Part shown: positions 28,696 to 37,120 of the stretch, one piece after another
Layout: every line of letters begins with the position of its first letter
Position numbering within the stretch: position 1 is the first letter of the stretch
NCBI GenBank assembly: GCA_015063535.1
Contig: SVTY01000005.1
Span: forward strand, 23,808-87,807
Source: Oscillospiraceae bacterium
GTDB taxonomy: Bacteria; Bacillota; Clostridia; Oscillospirales; CAG-272
Direction: 5' to 3'
Length of the DNA stretch: 64,000 nt
Notes under the pieces: generated by a model
What the model was told of the DNA's origin: nothing
Databases searched by the model: none
What the model saw: only the letters and a program-made list of their open reading frames with translations
Made by a program: the position numbers and the translations under genes

Positions 28696-28972
28696 CGTAT
28701 TATTGCTCATCCGTTCGGCAAACGGACGATTCATGCTTCAGCCAAAATTCGCACGTGAATGATTTCCTAACAAAATCACAGATAGCTTGATTTTTTGCAA
28801 ACAACGGGAATCTCGCCTTTGGCGAGAATATCCTCGCCCTACGCCTGACAAGCGAGCTTGTCGATCTTCGGGCGGGATATGCGAACCCAATTCCGCTTCA
28901 CTACGTTTGCGGAAATGCGCAATTCCGGCGGATACCAAAATCCCTCTGCCCAAGAGGGCAGAGGGATTTTGG
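28696..28972 (+). ncRNA. Candidate ~275-nt sRNA (unclassified), ending at a bidirectional terminator
   Basis: Promoter at 28661-89. Several local hairpins (CCGTT..AACGG, TCTCGCC..GGCGAGA, GACAAG..CTTGTC). Ends at stem AAAATCCCTCTGCCC-aaga-GGGCAGAGGGATTTT. No credible ORF. Confidence 0.3.
28936..28970. terminator. Bidirectional rho-independent terminator
   Basis: Perfect 15-bp palindrome flanked by AAAA/TTTT, abutting the tRNA 3' end. Confidence 0.8.
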
Positions 28973-29044
28973 CACCCGCAACGGGAATCGAACCCATAAC
29001 TACCCCTTAGGAGGGGGTTATTATATCCATTTAACTATGCAGGC
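28970..29044 (-). tRNA. tRNA-Arg (anticodon CCU)
   Basis: Hand-folded 75-nt cloverleaf GCCTGCA-TA-GTTA-AATGGATA-TAAT-A-ACCCC-CTCCTAA-GGGGT-AGTT-ATGGG-TTCGATT-CCCGT-TGCGGGT-G-CCA. Encoded CCA. Two G-U pairs in the acceptor stem. Confidence 0.85.
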
Positions 29045-29134
29045 ATATGAAATTATATCGTATCAACGCTATTTATTGTATCACAGTTTTTGCAAAATTG
29101 CAATACCTTTTTCAAAAATCCAAGGAGGAATCCC

Positions 29135-29659
29135 ATGAATCGCTTCAAGTCCCTTTTTCTACCTATCATCCGCTACGGTCTTTGCCCGTTGCTGACCGTT
29201 CTGTGGCTCTGCTTTATTTTCGGCAACTCCCTGCAAAGCGGTACCGAATCCTCCGAGCAAAGCGGCAAGGTACATACGATTGTTAATGAGGTGGCGCAAA
29301 GTGTAGGGATTGAGAAGCCGATCTCCGAAAAGACCGTCCGCAACAGTGCCCACTTTATCGAGTTTGCCGCCCTTTCTCTGCTCATCTGTGCCGATCTGCT
29401 CTGCTTCGGCATTCTGACCCGCAACGGGCGCAAGCGTTCCCTGCTCTTGGCGCTGCTTTCGATCCCCATTTGCACCCTGCTTGCCATGATCGACGAGACC
29501 ATTCAGCGCTTCTCCGCAGGGCGATCCTGTCAGTGGTCGGATGTTCTGCTGGACACGGCGGGAGCCGCACTTGCCGTCCTCTGCTTCCTTGGCGTATACC
29601 TCGCCGTCTGCAAGCTCCGCAAGTGCCTGTCCGCAAAAAAAGCTATCCCCTCGAAATAA
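29135..29659 (+). CDS. VanZ-family membrane protein
   Basis: NSAHFIEFAALSLL and DETIQRFSAGRSCQWSDVLLDTAGA blocks. AGGAGG before ATG 29135. Confidence 0.75.
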   Translation: MNRFKSLFLPIIRYGLCPLLTVLWLCFIFGNSLQSGTESSEQSGKVHTIVNEVAQSVGIEKPISEKTVRNSAHFIEFAALSLLICADLLCFGILTRNGRKRSLLLALLSIPICTLLAMIDETIQRFSAGRSCQWSDVLLDTAGAALAVLCFLGVYLAVCKLRKCLSAKKAIPSK

Positions 29660-29701
29660 CGGCTCCTTCGAGAATATTCCGCAAAATATTCGCTTTTCCC
29701 C

Positions 29702-29730
29702 TTTACAGCAAAGCGAATTTATGGTATACT
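29702..29730 (+). promoter_or_regulatory. Predicted sigma-A promoter of fhs
   Basis: TTTACA-17 nt-TATACT with TGG upstream of the -10. Confidence 0.5.
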
Positions 29731-29773
29731 TATATTGAAAATGTTTTTATATTATCATACAAAGGAGTTTGTT

Positions 29774-31447
29774 ATGAAGACCGATATTGAAATTGCAAGA
29801 GAAGCGAATATGCTTCCCATTACCGAAATTGCCAAAAAACTCGGCATCGAGGATGACGAATTGGAGCTGTACGGTAAGTATAAGGCAAAGATCAACGATG
29901 ATTTTCTGACCCGTACCGCCAACCGCAAAAACGGAAAGCTGATCTTAGTCACCGCCATTAACCCCACCCCTGCGGGCGAGGGAAAGACCACCACGACGGT
30001 CGGTCTCGGCATGGCGATGAGCAAGCTGGGCAAAAATGCCATCATCGCCCTCCGTGAGCCCTCCTTGGGACCCGTTTTCGGCGTCAAGGGCGGTGCCGCA
30101 GGCGGCGGATACGCCCAGGTCGTGCCGATGGATGATATCAACCTGCACTTTACCGGCGACTTTCACGCTATCACCGCCGCAAACAATCTGCTTTGCGCCA
30201 TCATCGACAATCATCTGCAACAGGGCAATGAGCTTGGTATCGATCAGCGGCGCATTCTGTTTTCCCGTGTCACCGATACCAACGACCGTGCGCTTCGTAA
30301 CATCACCGTAGGACTGGGCAGTAAGGTAGACGGTATTCCCCGTCAGGATCATTTTATGATTACCGTGGCAAGTGAGATCATGGCGATCCTCTGCCTTGCC
30401 GAGAACCTGTCCGATCTGAAGGAGCGGCTGGGCAACATTTTGGTGGCGTACACCTATGACGGAAAGCCCGTTTACTGCCGTGACCTGCAAGCAAACGGTG
30501 CCATGACCGTCCTTTTGAAGGACGCCATCAAGCCCAATTTGGTACAAACGGTGGAAAACACCCCCGCCCTCATCCACGGCGGTCCTTTTGCCAATATCGC
30601 CCACGGCTGCAACTCGGTTCGTGCCACCAAGCTTGCGCTGAAGCTGGCGGATTACGCCATCACCGAGGCGGGCTTCGGTGCAGACTTGGGTGCCGAGAAA
30701 TTCTTAGATATCAAGTGCCGCAAGGCGGGTCTGACTCCCGATGCGGTGGTACTGGTTGCCACAGTCCGTGCGCTGAAATACAACGGCGGCGTTGCCAAGG
30801 CTGACCTTGGTGCCGAGAATGTGGAAGCTCTGAAGAAGGGGGCTGTCAATTTGGAAGCTCACATCGACAATCTGCGGAAATTCGGTCTGCCTGTGGTGGT
30901 TGCCATCAACCGCTTTGGAACCGATACCGATGCCGAGCTGGAATATATTCGAGAGATCTGCCGTATCAAGGGAGCGGATTTTGCCCTGTCCGAGGTCTTT
31001 GCCAAAGGCGGTGAGGGCGGCTTGGAGCTTGCCAAAAAGGTCATCGAAGCCTGCGAGAAGCCGAAGAACTTTACCTTCATGTATGAGGACGAGCTGTCCA
31101 TTAAGGAAAAGATCGAAGCCGTGGCAACCAAGATTTACGGTGCCGACAGCGTCAAATTCGATGCCTCCGCCGCCAAGGCACTTGCGGAGATCGAGGCGCT
31201 GGATCCCGCTTATGCAAGGCTCCCCATCTGCGTTGCCAAGACCCAATATTCCCTGTCCGACGATGCGGCAAAGCTCGGTCGTCCCACTGGCTTTACGTTG
31301 ACCGTAAGAGAGATCAAGCTGTCTGCCGGTGCCGGCTTTGTGGTGGTGCTGACAGGTGCCATCATGACCATGCCCGGACTTCCCAAGAAGCCGGCGGCAT
31401 ATTCTATCGACATTGACGACGACGGAACCATCACGGGGCTGTTCTGA
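29774..31447 (+). CDS. fhs: Formate--tetrahydrofolate ligase
   Basis: 557 aa. [11 protein letters not shown]..., [19 protein letters not shown] nucleotide loop. Confidence 0.95.
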   Translation: MKTDIEIAREANMLPITEIAKKLGIEDDELELYGKYKAKINDDFLTRTANRKNGKLILVTAINPTPAGEGKTTTTVGLGMAMSKLGKNAIIALREPSLGPVFGVKGGAAGGGYAQVVPMDDINLHFTGDFHAITAANNLLCAIIDNHLQQGNELGIDQRRILFSRVTDTNDRALRNITVGLGSKVDGIPRQDHFMITVASEIMAILCLAENLSDLKERLGNILVAYTYDGKPVYCRDLQANGAMTVLLKDAIKPNLVQTVENTPALIHGGPFANIAHGCNSVRATKLALKLADYAITEAGFGADLGAEKFLDIKCRKAGLTPDAVVLVATVRALKYNGGVAKADLGAENVEALKKGAVNLEAHIDNLRKFGLPVVVAINRFGTDTDAELEYIREICRIKGADFALSEVFAKGGEGGLELAKKVIEACEKPKNFTFMYEDELSIKEKIEAVATKIYGADSVKFDASAAKALAEIEALDPAYARLPICVAKTQYSLSDDAAKLGRPTGFTLTVREIKLSAGAGFVVVLTGAIMTMPGLPKKPAAYSIDIDDDGTITGLF

Positions 31448-31448
31448 T

Positions 31449-31922
31449 ATGACCCTACCCCTGACCTGTCAAACCGCCTCCGCAGGCGAGACCGAACAGC
31501 TTGGACGGCAGCTTGCCGATTGGCTGCTTCGGGAGCCCGCCCTCCCCTCCTTTGTGGCACTGTACGGTGACTTGGGCGTTGGAAAGACCGCCTTTGTGCG
31601 AGGGTTTACTGCCGCACTTGCTCCCGATGCCCGTGTCAAATCCCCCACCTTTTCCTTGGTGCATGAATACCGCTCGGCACATCGCTCGGTCTTTCATTTC
31701 GACATGTACCGCATCGAAAGCGAGGATGACCTGTATTCCATCGGATTTTTCGATTACTGGGATCGAGACGGCATTTGCCTTGTGGAGTGGAGCGAGCATA
31801 TCGAGTATGCCCTGCCCGATCGCTATCTGCGGGTCGAGCTGACCAAGGATTCCCCCGAGGAGCCCGACAGCCGAAAGATCGTCATCTCACTTGTCGGAGA
31901 ACATGAAACGGAGAGACTATGA
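31449..31922 (+). CDS. tsaE: tRNA t6A biosynthesis ATPase TsaE
   Basis: Walker A YGDLGVGKTAFVRG, SPTFSLVHEY, HFDMYR. Confidence 0.9.
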   Translation: MTLPLTCQTASAGETEQLGRQLADWLLREPALPSFVALYGDLGVGKTAFVRGFTAALAPDARVKSPTFSLVHEYRSAHRSVFHFDMYRIESEDDLYSIGFFDYWDRDGICLVEWSEHIEYALPDRYLRVELTKDSPEEPDSRKIVISLVGEHETERL

Positions 31923-32626
31923 AAATACTTGCTCTTGACAGCTCCGCCGCCGTTGCTTCCGTTGCGCTGTGCGAGGACGAACGGCTGTTGGCGGAATATA
32001 CGCTGAATAACGGAAATACCCACAGTCAAACGCTGCTTCCTATGGTGGAAACGGTTCTGCACTCCTTTGAGCTGACTCCCGCCGACATCGACCTGTTCGC
32101 CGTCACTGCGGGACCCGGCTCCTTTACGGGGGTGCGGATCGGAGCGGCGACCCTGAAGGGGCTTGCCTTTGATTCAAAAACCCCCTGTGTCGGTGTTTCG
32201 ACCTTGGAGGCGATCGCCGAAAATCTGCGGCATCTTGTCGGGCTTGTCTGTCCTGTTATGAATGCCCGCCGCTCTCAGGTCTATACGGCACTGTTTCGCT
32301 CGGACGGCGAAGCCTTTACCCGTCTGACCGATGACACCGCCCTTTCCCTTGCTGAACTGGATGAGCTTCTGTCAGGCTACGGAGAGTCAATTGCCTTTTG
32401 CGGCGACGGATACGACATTACCCTATCCGAATTGAAAAAGACCCAAGTTCGTCCCATTCCAAACCGTTTGCGTCATCAATCGGCGTACTCGGTAGCGCAG
32501 GTCGCCCTGCGGCAATTCCGCAGAGAACAAAGCACGACCGATGCGGGGCTGACCGTTACCTATCTGCGCCCGTCTCAAGCAGAGCGGACACGCATGGAAC
32601 AACTGAACAAAGACCATACTAAATAA
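31919..32626 (+). CDS. tsaB: tRNA t6A biosynthesis protein TsaB
   Basis: MKILALDSSAAVASVAL..., GPGSFTGVRIG. Overlaps the tsaE stop. Confidence 0.9.
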   Translation: MKILALDSSAAVASVALCEDERLLAEYTLNNGNTHSQTLLPMVETVLHSFELTPADIDLFAVTAGPGSFTGVRIGAATLKGLAFDSKTPCVGVSTLEAIAENLRHLVGLVCPVMNARRSQVYTALFRSDGEAFTRLTDDTALSLAELDELLSGYGESIAFCGDGYDITLSELKKTQVRPIPNRLRHQSAYSVAQVALRQFRREQSTTDAGLTVTYLRPSQAERTRMEQLNKDHTK

Positions 32627-32643
32627 GAAAAGGAATAAACATT

Positions 32644-33090
32644 ATGAAAATCGTTATCGGATGCGACCACGCAGGCTTTGCTATCAAGAATCTGGTAAAG
32701 GAGCACATTGCCGCCAAGGGCTATGAGGTCGTTGATGTGGGAACTAACTCTGCCGACAGCTGTCACTACCCTCTGTTCGCCCATGCCGCCTGTGAGAAAA
32801 TTCTTTCGGGCGAGTGCGCTTTGGGAATTTTGATCTGCGGTACGGGAATCGGAATGTCGATGGCGGCAAACAAGCATAAGGGGATCCGTGCCGCTTGCTG
32901 CTCCGATACCTTCTCCGCACGGCTGACCCGTGAGCACAACGATGCCAACATGCTCTGCTTCGGCGAGCGTGTGGTGGGCGCCGGTCTTGCACTGGAGCTT
33001 GTGGATGCCTTTCTCGGTGCCGAGTATCTGAACAACGGCAACCACGTGACCCGTGTGGCAATGCTTGCCGAGATTGAAAAGAATAATTAA
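32644..33090 (+). CDS. rpiB: Ribose-5-phosphate isomerase B
   Basis: MKIVIGCDHAGFAIK, ILICGTGIGMSMAANK. Confidence 0.9.
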   Translation: MKIVIGCDHAGFAIKNLVKEHIAAKGYEVVDVGTNSADSCHYPLFAHAACEKILSGECALGILICGTGIGMSMAANKHKGIRAACCSDTFSARLTREHNDANMLCFGERVVGAGLALELVDAFLGAEYLNNGNHVTRVAMLAEIEKNN

Positions 33091-33094
33091 ATGG

Positions 33095-33171
33095 ATATGG
33101 GGCACTGCCCCATACCCCGCTTAAAAACTTTTTGAAAAAAGTTTTTAAGAATTTCAAAAACTTCCAAAAAC
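33095..33171 (+). repeat. Composite palindromic element, copy A (GC hairpin + AT palindrome)
   Basis: ATGGGGCactGCCCCAT, then TTAAAAACTTTTTgAAAAAAGTTTTTAA, then gaatttcaaaaact. About 88% identical to the reverse complement of 34513-34591. Confidence 0.9.
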
Positions 33172-33188
33172 AAAAGGGAGAAATAGAA

Positions 33189-33953
33189 ATGTGTGTAAAA
33201 AAAATAGCCGGGGTGCTTCGTGCGATCTCCGGTTCTCCTCATCCGAAAAATTTCACCTCCGCCATCATTGCGGCGGCAGGTCTTTCGGAGCGCTTCGGCG
33301 GTGAGACCACTAAGCAGATGACCCAGCTTTGCGGAGACCCTGTATTGGTGCATACCGTCCGTGCCTATCAGATGACCGAGTGTATCCACGAGATCATCAT
33401 TGTTGCCCGCCGTCATGAGATCCCCACATGGGAGCGGCTCTGTCGGGAATACAGCTTCGACAAGGTAACAAAGATCATCCAAGGCGGTGAAACACGGCAG
33501 ATGTCGGTCATGAAAGGGCTGGATGCCGTCCATGAAAAATCCAAATATGTCGCCATTGCCGACGGCGCACGCTGTCTGACCACACCAGACCAAATTGAGG
33601 TGGTCTGCCGAACCGCCTACAAATACAAGGCGGCAACAGCGGCACACCGTGCGACCGACACCGTAAAGATCGCCGACAGCAAGGGCTTTATCGACTCGAC
33701 CGCCGACCGCAACACGGTCTGGCTGGCGCAGACACCGCAGGTCTTTAAGACCAAGCTCTACCGTGCGGCGGCATATACTGCCTTCAAAAAGGGCTTTGAG
33801 GCGACCGATGACAATTCCCTTGTGGAGTTTATCAAGCACCCCGTCCGCCTTGTGGAATGCGGTGCACAAAATATCAAGATCACCACCCGTGACGAGCTCT
33901 GCATCGCCGAGGCGATCCTTGCCGACCGCAAACGGTTGGAGGAGGAGCTATGA
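33189..33953 (+). CDS. ispD: 2-C-methyl-D-erythritol 4-phosphate cytidylyltransferase
   Basis: [14 protein letters not shown] (cf. PAAGxGxRMG), VAIADGARC. Overlaps the ispF start. Exact start uncertain (track start lies inside the repeat element). Confidence 0.85.
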   Translation: MCVKKIAGVLRAISGSPHPKNFTSAIIAAAGLSERFGGETTKQMTQLCGDPVLVHTVRAYQMTECIHEIIIVARRHEIPTWERLCREYSFDKVTKIIQGGETRQMSVMKGLDAVHEKSKYVAIADGARCLTTPDQIEVVCRTAYKYKAATAAHRATDTVKIADSKGFIDSTADRNTVWLAQTPQVFKTKLYRAAAYTAFKKGFEATDDNSLVEFIKHPVRLVECGAQNIKITTRDELCIAEAILADRKRLEEEL

Positions 33954-34429
33954 TACGGATCGGTCACGGATATGATGTCCACCGCTTGGTGGAGGGGCGC
34001 CGTCTGATCTTGGGCGGCGTAGATATCCCTCATGAAACAGGCTTGCTCGGGCATTCCGATGCGGATGTCCTGCTCCATGCCATCTCCGATGCCCTGCTGG
34101 GTGCGGCGGCATTGGGAGACATCGGCAAGCTTTTTCCCGACAATGATCCTCAATACAAGGGTGCCGACAGTTTGATACTGCTCCATCGTGTCAAGACCCA
34201 TCTTGCCGCTCACGGCTATCGGGTGGGCAACGTGGATGCTACCGTCATCGCCCAAGCCCCTAAGCTTGCTCCCCATATCCCCGCCATGCGTGCCAATATC
34301 GCCCGTACCCTCGGCGTGGATGTGTCCTGTGTCAGCGTAAAAGCCACCACAGAGGAGGGACTCGGCTTTTCCGGCGAACGCCTCGGCATTGCCGCCCACG
34401 CCGTTTGCTTACTCGAACAGGAGGCGTGA
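33950..34429 (+). CDS. ispF: 2-C-methyl-D-erythritol 2,4-cyclodiphosphate synthase
   Basis: [29 protein letters not shown]. Confidence 0.95.
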   Translation: MIRIGHGYDVHRLVEGRRLILGGVDIPHETGLLGHSDADVLLHAISDALLGAAALGDIGKLFPDNDPQYKGADSLILLHRVKTHLAAHGYRVGNVDATVIAQAPKLAPHIPAMRANIARTLGVDVSCVSVKATTEEGLGFSGERLGIAAHAVCLLEQEA

Positions 34430-34430
34430 T

Positions 34431-34500
34431 TGTGGGGCTCCGCCCCAAACCCCACTCAAAAACTTTTTTAAAAAAAAGTTTTTAAGAATTTCAAAAAACT
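34431..34500 (+). repeat. Composite palindromic element, copy B (direct)
   Basis: GGGGCtccGCCCC, AAAAACTTTTTTaaAAAAAAGTTTTT, aagaatttcaaaaaact. About 85% identical to copy A. Confidence 0.9.
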
Positions 34501-34512
34501 CTACTGAAATTA

Positions 34513-34591
34513 GTTTTGAAAGTTTTTGAAGATTTTTAAGAAACTTTTTTCAAAAAGTTTCTTAAACAGGGCATGGGGCGGTGCCCCATAT
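34513..34591 (-). repeat. Composite palindromic element, copy C (inverted, tail-to-tail with B)
   Basis: TTAAGAAACTTTTTTcAAAAAGTTTCTTAA, then ATGGGGCggtGCCCCAT. Reverse complement aligns with copy A over 78 nt with about 9 mismatches. Confidence 0.9.
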
Positions 34592-34758
34592 AAAAAACAA
34601 AATGCCGAGCGGGCGGATATTCTCTGCACACGTCCAAGCCTCTTAAAAGTCCCGTCCGACCGCCCGACATGGGTCTTCCCTTTCATGGTATGCCAAGCAG
34701 ACGAAATTCGTCAAAGGTCGCCCCGACCGAAACAATTCGAAAAGGTAGGAAAACGAAC

Positions 34759-35430
34759 ATGTTGATCATCTCTCCGTCGGTTCTCGCCGCCGATTTTTCC
34801 AAATTAGGCGAAGAATTAAAAAAAGTAAAAGATGCGGGAGCCGAATACATTCACTTAGATGTAATGGACGGCATCTTCGTTCCCAACATTTCCTTCGGGA
34901 TCCCCGTCATTGCATCGCTTCGAAAGAAAGCCACTGCCTTTTTTGACGTACATCTGATGATCACCGATCCGATCCGCTACATAGACGACTTTGTGAAGGC
35001 GGGAGCCGATCTGCTGACCATCCATTACGAAAGCTGTTCCGACCCCGCCGCCGCCCTTCGGGCGATCAAAGCGGCAGGCATCAAGGCGGCGGTAGCGATC
35101 AAGCCCGCCACTCCGGCAGAGGATATTTTTCCCCTGCTTGCCGAGGTGGATATGGCACTGGTCATGACGGTGGAGCCCGGCTTTGGCGGACAGAAGCTGA
35201 TCCCCGAAACCATCGAAAAGGTACGAGTCCTCCGCTCCTATGCCGTGGCAAACGGCTTGACACTTGACATTCAGGTGGACGGCGGTATCACTGCTGAAAA
35301 TCTGCCCCTGCTCACCGAAGCGGGTGCGAATGTCATCGTCGCAGGCTCCGCCATCTTCCGAGCGGACGATCCCGCCGCTGTCATCGCAGAGATGAACGAA
35401 CAAGCGAGCAAGCATCCCTATCAAGCATAA
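34759..35430 (+). CDS. rpe: Ribulose-phosphate 3-epimerase
   Basis: Start moved to MLIISPSVLAADFSKLGEE. Also HLDVMDGIFVPN and VDGGI. Confidence 0.9.
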   Translation: MLIISPSVLAADFSKLGEELKKVKDAGAEYIHLDVMDGIFVPNISFGIPVIASLRKKATAFFDVHLMITDPIRYIDDFVKAGADLLTIHYESCSDPAAALRAIKAAGIKAAVAIKPATPAEDIFPLLAEVDMALVMTVEPGFGGQKLIPETIEKVRVLRSYAVANGLTLDIQVDGGITAENLPLLTEAGANVIVAGSAIFRADDPAAVIAEMNEQASKHPYQA

Positions 35431-35495
35431 AGAATGGCAGACCGTATTGCTACGGTCTGCCATTCTTTTTATGAACAACAAGAAAGTCTCGCAAC

Positions 35496-36572
35496 TCAAT
35501 ATTTTCCAAGCTTGCGTGCCAAGTCAGCAATCTCTTTCATGTTTTGCAAGGAGACCGAATTGGGAATAGAGTGATCGGAGGCAAAGATATATCCGCCGCC
35601 CTCTTTCATCACGGGAATAATTCTCTCCATTTCTTCTTTTACCAACTCCGGTTTGTCCCAAATCTGCGCATTGATACCGCCGTGGAATGCCAGCTTGTCG
35701 CCATACATGGCTTTGAGCTTATGGGGATCCATGCCCGCCTTGATCTCCAGCGGGTTGAGCACATCTATGCCGATCTCAACAAGATCGGGGATAAACGGCT
35801 CGATATAGCCACAGGAGTGCAGCTCGACAACCAATCCCCTTTCATGCGCCCAATCCACCGCCTTTTTGTGGAAGGGCTTCAAAACCTCCCGATACAGGTC
35901 AACCGAGAAGAAGGGAGAACCCTTATAGCCCATGTCGTCATACCACTTGACTCCGTCAAATTGATATCCTGCATCCAACACCTTCTGTGCCAGATCCAAA
36001 GACGTATTCAGATAGGTGTCGTAGATATCCATGACCCAATCGGGATCCTCATACATGGCGATCAGCATATTTTCGGTACCCGTCAGATGGGAATGCGCCA
36101 CATCAAAGCCAAACCACAGGGTGAGCTGTCGGAACAACCCCTCCTTTTCCCATGAAGCATATTCATTTTCCAATTGCTTCCACGGAATACGATCCTCATG
36201 ATACTCCAGCATTCTCGCCTTGGCTTCCTCCCATTTTTCGGGAGTCGTGTAAGTTAAGTCCAACGTCTCGAAGGTAGCGTCCAGCTCCTTAAATGCCTTT
36301 TCGGTCATGCCCCATTTGGTGGTACGAATCACATAGCGATCGGTCTCCTCCAAAATTTTACATTCACAACGGGGAGAATTGTCATTTCTAATATCCGCTA
36401 TCCGATCAAAACCGAAATAATCCCGCCAATTGGCATCGGCGGGCATTCCCTCTGCTTTCCAACGGGCAACCGTTCCTGCCCAAGCAGAATCCACCATCAT
36501 CATACGATCGATCTCCTGATGACGGCAGGTACGAAGCCACCGCTCTCTCGATGTTAATTCTATCTTTTTCAT
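35496..36572 (-). CDS. Uroporphyrinogen-decarboxylase (URO-D) family protein, function unknown
   Basis: 358 aa. HSCGYIEPFIPDLVEIGIDVLNPLE and LAFHGGI resemble URO-D/MtaA-type TIM barrels. Confidence 0.5.
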   Translation of the reverse strand: MKKIELTSRERWLRTCRHQEIDRMMMVDSAWAGTVARWKAEGMPADANWRDYFGFDRIADIRNDNSPRCECKILEETDRYVIRTTKWGMTEKAFKELDATFETLDLTYTTPEKWEEAKARMLEYHEDRIPWKQLENEYASWEKEGLFRQLTLWFGFDVAHSHLTGTENMLIAMYEDPDWVMDIYDTYLNTSLDLAQKVLDAGYQFDGVKWYDDMGYKGSPFFSVDLYREVLKPFHKKAVDWAHERGLVVELHSCGYIEPFIPDLVEIGIDVLNPLEIKAGMDPHKLKAMYGDKLAFHGGINAQIWDKPELVKEEMERIIPVMKEGGGYIFASDHSIPNSVSLQNMKEIADLARKLGKY

Positions 36573-36634
36573 GTTTTTTACCTCGTTGTGTAAAATTTTT
36601 TCAAAAAAAGGAACCGTCCTCTCATCTTCACATA

Positions 36635-37014
36635 TTATATCATATTCCTTTTTGAAATGTCAAGTTTTTTCAAAAAAATATCGGCATTTTGACATAAAAC
36701 CGTATAAAAGCTTTCATTCGTCAGCCCGAAATGAGAATTCATGACGGTCAGAATCGTTCCCTCCACGTCAATTTCTGCCACAAGAATCACACGGTCCTCA
36801 GCATCCTCCCCAATGGCAGGAACACCGATCGTACGCCACCCTACAATGGGATATCGGCTCACAATAGCATTACCCATGCCCCCATCTGTCAGCAGAGATT
36901 TGTCCTCTGCTAAGCCGCTATTCCGTAGAGGAGATCAATCTTCTGTTGGGCTATAACCATCGCAACAGTCTGACCAAGATGTTCAAAACCAAGTTCGCAA
37001 TGTCTCCCACAGAA
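36635..37014 (-). pseudogene. Decayed endonuclease/exonuclease/phosphatase (EEP) family gene, paralogue of 62241-62978
   Basis: GNAIVSRYPI...EDRVILVAEIDVEGTILTVMNSHFGL matches GNALVSKYPI...EDRVLLIAEIEVQGRVLTMMICHFGL of the intact copy. The upstream piece (..ELGFEHLGQTVAMVIAQQKIDLLYGIAA*) is in another frame. N- and C-terminal thirds are missing. Confidence 0.6.
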
Positions 37015-37062
37015 TTTTAGGAAAAAGAAAAAAAAGGAGACCTTGAAGAAATCCAAGCAATA

Positions 37063-37107
37063 AAGGAACTCCCGCCTGTGCGTTATCCGCACGGGCGGGA
37101 GTTCCTT
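37063..37107 (-). terminator. Terminator hairpin AAGGAACTCCCGCC..GGCGGGAGTTCCTT
   Basis: 14-bp perfect stem just downstream of the 37121 stop. Confidence 0.7.
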
Positions 37108-37120
37108 GATAAATATTCCC

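Noticed and set aside
28738-28999. ORFs 28738-28953 (-) and 28787-28999 (+)
   Set aside because: Both run across the terminator palindrome or the tRNA gene, have no RBS, and are Arg/Ser/Gly-rich. The region is better explained as non-coding.
33132-33188. N-terminal extension of ispD (MKKVFKNFKNFQKQKGEIE)
   Set aside because: It is the translation of the AT-palindrome repeat element. A GGGAG RBS precedes ATG 33189.
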